A DNA stretch of 34,817 nt, from the NCBI GenBank assembly GCA_032128015.1, contig JAQBHE010000174.1:1-34817 (forward strand), in the 5' to 3' direction. This document shows, one piece after another, positions 31,394-34,817 of this stretch. Within the stretch, counting starts at the first letter, position 1. Each line of letters starts with the position of its first letter. Below the pieces are notes generated by a model that saw only the letters and a program-made list of their open reading frames with translations, was not told where the DNA came from and did no database searches. A program made the position numbers and the translations under genes. This stretch comes from Holophagae bacterium. Its GTDB lineage: Bacteria > Acidobacteriota > Thermoanaerobaculia > Multivoradales > Multivoraceae.

Positions 31394-32326
31394 CTACGGG
31401 GCAAAGCTCGAACGGGCGCGGATTCCCCAGCGACCCATCTCGTGCGTCACCAGATACAGAGTGTTGAACGTAGAGATCACTTCGTCGTCGGCGTTGTAGC
31501 GGCTGAACGTCAGGGCCACGTTGGCGCCCGTCTCGGCGACCTGGACCGCCTCGATCTGGTCCCAACCGCTGTGGTCCCAGCCGAAGCGCTCTGCGAAGGC
31601 ATCGAAGTCCATCCCGGCGGCGACCTCCTCTTCGGTCTCCCAGATCCGGAAATCGCCGCCCGCGATGCGAAGGTGGGGGTAGTTGAGCGTCGCCGCCCAC
31701 GACACCGGATCGCGCGCATTGAAGGCGGCCATGTACTCCTCGACCTTGGCGATCGCGATCTGAGCAATCGGCTCCGCCTCGCCTTCGGGAAGCGGCGCAC
31801 CGGCGCCAAAGCGCGCCTGGATCCCCCATTCGCCGTCGACGTGGCTATCGACGCCATCGCCCGTCCCACCAGTGCGGGTCACGATGTAGCTCACGAGGTT
31901 GCGTCGGATCACATTGCCTGCCGCGTCGAACCGCGCCCAGCGGCCGGCGACGTGAGCCTTGGTGTCGCCGTCGTGGATCAGGCGCAGCTCCTCGAACTTG
32001 GTGTGATCCCAGCCGCTGGCGATCAACGGCGCGTAGTCGACATCGGCGATGTATTCCTCCGCCGTTTGCCAGACCCGATCGGATCCCGCGGACGGCCGCG
32101 CATGCGGGAAGTGGAGCGAGCTCGCCCAGACCACCGGGTCGCGGGTGTTCCAGGTCGTCATGAAACGCTCGACGGCTGCCATGCCGGCGGCCGCCGAAGA
32201 AGCCGAATCGACGCGCTCGACATAGTTCGTGTCCCTGGGAACCTCGGACCGACAGCTCACGGCAACGATGCCGAGTGCCGCAATCGCAAGCAAAGTGGCG
32301 ACCATTTTGGAGGCTGCGGTGCTCAT
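31394..32326 (-). CDS. Lipoprotein with two tandem copies of an NTF2/SnoaL-like domain.
   Basis: It has a signal peptide plus lipobox (MVATLLAIAALGIVAVSC). The internal repeat aligns VERFMTTWNTRDPVVWASSLHFPHAR...WDHTKF with VEEYMAAFNARDPVSWAATLNYPHLR...WDHSGW. Confidence 0.7.
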   Translation of the reverse strand: MSTAASKMVATLLAIAALGIVAVSCRSEVPRDTNYVERVDSASSAAAGMAAVERFMTTWNTRDPVVWASSLHFPHARPSAGSDRVWQTAEEYIADVDYAPLIASGWDHTKFEELRLIHDGDTKAHVAGRWARFDAAGNVIRRNLVSYIVTRTGGTGDGVDSHVDGEWGIQARFGAGAPLPEGEAEPIAQIAIAKVEEYMAAFNARDPVSWAATLNYPHLRIAGGDFRIWETEEEVAAGMDFDAFAERFGWDHSGWDQIEAVQVAETGANVALTFSRYNADDEVISTFNTLYLVTHEMGRWGIRARSSFAP

Positions 32327-32718
32327 GCTCTCCCTACCGAACCACCCACGAAGCCGCTACGAAGTCACGGTCAAAGTCGCGGGTGCGAAAGTGCCGCTTG
32401 GCGAGGTAGTCATAGACGACGATACCCCAGCGCCCGCGCCTGGTCATCGCGCCGCCCCTCGTAGCAGTGGCCAGAGCAGCGAAGGGGGTGAGGGCAGTAA
32501 AATCTGTAGGAGACGTTGCAAGCATCGCGACGCTGCCCGAGGAAGAGCCGCGGAGAACAGATCATGAACCAGGCCTTCGAGACTCCGGTCTACCACGCGA
32601 CTTTGAAGGACTCCTTCGCCAACTACGAAGAAGAACGAGCCCCACTCAGCTGAGCGGGAGTGTGCCGTTAGGATTCCGGCTCGAACCAAACCGTCAACCA
32701 GCGCTCGCCGAGGTACCC

Positions 32719-33987
32719 ATGAAGCTCTCCCGACGCCGACTGCTCCAGCTCACGGGTGGCGCTGCGGCTGGCGCCACTTTCGCTTCGCCGCTCGCGGCAG
32801 CGCCGCCAGACGAGCTACCGCCCGCGATTCAAGCGCTGTCGGCCAAGGACGACGACATCGCGCCGATCTCCCTCGACGAGCGCCGCGCCCGCCTCGGTCG
32901 CGCCCAGACGCTGATGGTCGAGCACGGTCTCGACGCCGTGGTCATCGCCTCCGGCAGCTCGCTGGTGTATTTCACCGGCGCGCGCTGGGGCACTAGCGAG
33001 CGCTTTTTCGGCGCTGTGCTGACCCGAAAAGGCGAGCCGGCGTGGGTGACTCCGGCTTTCGAGAAGGAGCGTGCCACCGAGCAGATCGCGATCGGCGCCG
33101 ATGTACGCGCCTGGCAGGAGCACGAGTCTCCGTACGCGCTGGTGGCGGCGATCCTCGAGGAGCGCGGCGCCGCCACCGGCAAGATCGGTCTCGAGGAGAC
33201 CATGCCGTTCGTGTTCGCCGCCGGCATCGGCGCCGCCGCGAGTGCAGTACAGGCGGTTTCGGCGACGCCGGTGACCGCCGGCTGCCGCATGATCAAGGAC
33301 GCCCACGAGATCGCGATCATGCGCCGCGCTTGCGAGAAGACCGTGGCCGCCCATCGCGCCGTCTTCCAGTCGCTCGCCCCCGGGATGACCCAGTCCGAGG
33401 TGGCCGGCCTGAGCGCGGCGGCGCACTCCCGCCTGGGCATGCGCGGTGGCTCGCTGGTGCTGTTCGGCAAGGACGCGGCGTACCCTCACGGCACCACCAA
33501 GCCGCAGCCGCTGCGCGAAGGTGACATCGTGTTGATCGACGGCGGCGGCACTCTCTTCGACTACGAGAGCGACATCACCCGCACCGGCGTCTTCGGAGCC
33601 AAGGCGACCGATCGCCAGCGCCGGATCTGGGAGATCGTGCGCGCCGCCCAGAAGGCGGCGTTCGAGACCGCGCGGCCGGGCGTCGAGTGTCAGGCGGTCG
33701 ACGCCGCAGCGCGCAAGGTGATCGCCGATGCCGGATTCGGATCCGACTACGAGCATCTGACCCACCGCCTTGGCCACGGCATCGGCGTGGACGGTCACGA
33801 ATGGACCTACCTGGTGCGCGGCAACACCACCAAGCTGCGCCCCGGCATGTGCTTCAGCGACGAGCCCGGCATCTACCTCTACGGTGAGATGGGCATCCGT
33901 CACGAGGACATCATCACCATCACCGAGGACGGCGTCGCCAACATGACCCAGTGGCCTGGAACGCCGGAAGAGCCGGCGGTGGTGTAG
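32719..33987 (+). CDS. M24 family metallopeptidase (Xaa-Pro dipeptidase-like) with a Tat-type signal.
   Basis: The N-terminus MKLSRRRLLQLTGGAAAGATFA carries a twin-arginine motif. Metal-ligand contexts seen are LIDGGG...YESDITRT, HRLGHGIGVDGHE, FSDEPGIY and IRHED. Confidence 0.85.
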   Translation: MKLSRRRLLQLTGGAAAGATFASPLAAAPPDELPPAIQALSAKDDDIAPISLDERRARLGRAQTLMVEHGLDAVVIASGSSLVYFTGARWGTSERFFGAVLTRKGEPAWVTPAFEKERATEQIAIGADVRAWQEHESPYALVAAILEERGAATGKIGLEETMPFVFAAGIGAAASAVQAVSATPVTAGCRMIKDAHEIAIMRRACEKTVAAHRAVFQSLAPGMTQSEVAGLSAAAHSRLGMRGGSLVLFGKDAAYPHGTTKPQPLREGDIVLIDGGGTLFDYESDITRTGVFGAKATDRQRRIWEIVRAAQKAAFETARPGVECQAVDAAARKVIADAGFGSDYEHLTHRLGHGIGVDGHEWTYLVRGNTTKLRPGMCFSDEPGIYLYGEMGIRHEDIITITEDGVANMTQWPGTPEEPAVV

Positions 33988-34067
33988 GCGCAGGCGCTGT
34001 AGGCGCGAGAGCGGCCTCGAGCTGCAGACCGCGGCCCGCTACTTCGACGGCCAAGGGTGTCACGATC

Positions 34068-34817
34068 TCAATGCACGATCCGGGGGAAGGCGCCGCGGAT
34101 GCGACCCTCGTGGTACACGAGCTCGGTCCGCGCGAGAGCCTCGCGGAGGACAGGCGGCTCGCCACGATACGGAAAGCCCTCCTCCGTCAGCACAGCCCGG
34201 CCTGCTTCCCCCGCGGGAAGCAACCCGACGATCTCGCGCGCCGTTCCGAGCACGGACCGCCAATGCCGTGCCAGGTTCGCCGCGTCCGGGGTCTCGCCCT
34301 CGAAGTCGAGGCCTCGGAGCTCGGCCTCGGAGTAGCGGGCCGAGCGCGCCGCCAGCTCGACGATGGCGGTGGGACTGAAGCCAGGGTCCTTGCCGCACGC
34401 GGCCCAGGCCAGATAGCCCAGCGGCTGCACCTCACGGTCGCAGGTGAGCGTGTCCACGAAGTCCCGAGGCTCGACTCGCCCCACTAGAGCGAGGACCTTG
34501 CTCGTGGCGAGGTCGAAGGGGTGCAGGGTGAGGCCGAGCTCCTCGTGCCGAACCAGGGGAAAGAACCGGTAGGCACTGTCGTGTGCCCATTGGATCACCA
34601 CCGAGTCGCTCCGTCGCCGGACCTCGGCCTCCACGAAGGTGGGCCGCTCCCGGATCACCGCGACCTCGTATCCCTCCGCCAAGAGCGAGCTGCGATCAGC
34701 GCTCCACGACGCTGCCAGCGCCTCCGCGGTGTCGTGGAACAGATCGATGTCGCGGGACTGGCGGGGCGCCCGCAGGAGCTCGTTGAGCGCCGCTCCGCCC
34801 GCGACGTAGCTCTCGCC
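34068..34817 (-). CDS. AbiEii/AbiGii-like nucleotidyltransferase toxin family protein (DUF1814); the 5' end runs off the window.
   Basis: The frame is open to the window edge and reads GESYVAGGAALNELLRAPRQSRDIDLFHD (the GG.AL...R.S.DIDLF signature). Later comes SKVLALVGRVEPRDFVD. The tracked TTG at 34682 is internal. Confidence 0.7.
   Translation of the reverse strand, partial: GESYVAGGAALNELLRAPRQSRDIDLFHDTAEALAASWSADRSSLLAEGYEVAVIRERPTFVEAEVRRRSDSVVIQWAHDSAYRFFPLVRHEELGLTLHPFDLATSKVLALVGRVEPRDFVDTLTCDREVQPLGYLAWAACGKDPGFSPTAIVELAARSARYSEAELRGLDFEGETPDAANLARHWRSVLGTAREIVGLLPAGEAGRAVLTEEGFPYRGEPPVLREALARTELVYHEGRIRGAFPRIVH

Noticed and set aside
30998-32464. A 488-aa plus-strand ORF overlapping the phosphatase 3' end and antisense to the lipoprotein gene.
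   Set aside because: Its composition is Arg/Gly/Ala/Pro-rich and no family was recognised. The minus-strand lipoprotein has a signal peptide, a lipobox and an internal domain duplication, which favour that strand.
1-34817. Checked the whole window for CRISPR arrays, rRNA and tRNA genes, and integrase, transposase or recombinase genes.
   Set aside because: No regularly spaced direct repeats were seen, no rRNA- or tRNA-like segments were recognised, and no ORF shows tyrosine or serine recombinase or DDE transposase motifs. Any mobility of the cluster therefore rests only on repeats and gene remnants.

Overview
This is a GC-rich (about two-thirds G+C by eye) bacterial window. A C-terminal remnant of an FtsX/ADOP-type permease and several family signatures weakly suggest Acidobacteriota; that is inference only. 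I found no rRNA, tRNA, CRISPR array, integrase or transposase.

Layout:
- **1-1.1 kb:** an abrupt junction where a HerA/DUF87-like ATPase ORF runs head-on into a 3'-truncated acyl-CoA dehydrogenase.
- **1.1-11.5 kb:** mostly housekeeping or secreted-protein genes. These are a YaiI/DUF188 protein, a dienelactone hydrolase, an AAA+/DUF4143 ATPase, an MFS transporter, an enoyl-CoA hydratase, a 1068-aa beta-propeller-phosphoesterase fusion, a small lipoprotein and a DUF922 protein.
- **11.6-13.1 kb:** a small toxin-antitoxin islet (Phd-type antitoxin with VapC, then Phd/YefM with RelE/ParE) containing a permease gene remnant.
- **13.5-29.8 kb:** the main feature, a tightly packed and translationally coupled accessory cluster. 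It holds a GT2 enzyme with a membrane tail, a sulfotransferase and two SAM methyltransferases. It also holds a small secreted Cys-domain protein, a DUF2723 GT-C-type transferase and a second large polytopic membrane protein. The rest are a nucleotidyltransferase-fold protein, a GT4 enzyme, three tandem B12-binding radical SAM enzymes and an FAD oxidoreductase.
- **29.9-34.8 kb:** a DUF5674 two-gene module, a decayed vapC-like remnant, a Cys-based phosphatase, a lipoprotein with an internal duplication, a Tat-signal M24 peptidase and a partial AbiEii-like nucleotidyltransferase at the right edge.

I cannot match the cluster to a described pathway from sequence alone. My best guess is that it builds a methylated and sulfated glycoconjugate, on either a protein or a lipid.

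Three non-coding signals stand out:
- Two short direct repeats (42 nt and 35 nt, near-identical) bracket the cluster about 18.7 kb apart.
- A 183-bp imperfect palindromic element with AT-rich 20-bp termini lies inside the cluster.
- A methyltransferase has its conserved N-terminus upstream of any canonical start codon.

All family calls come from motif recognition by eye. No searches were run.
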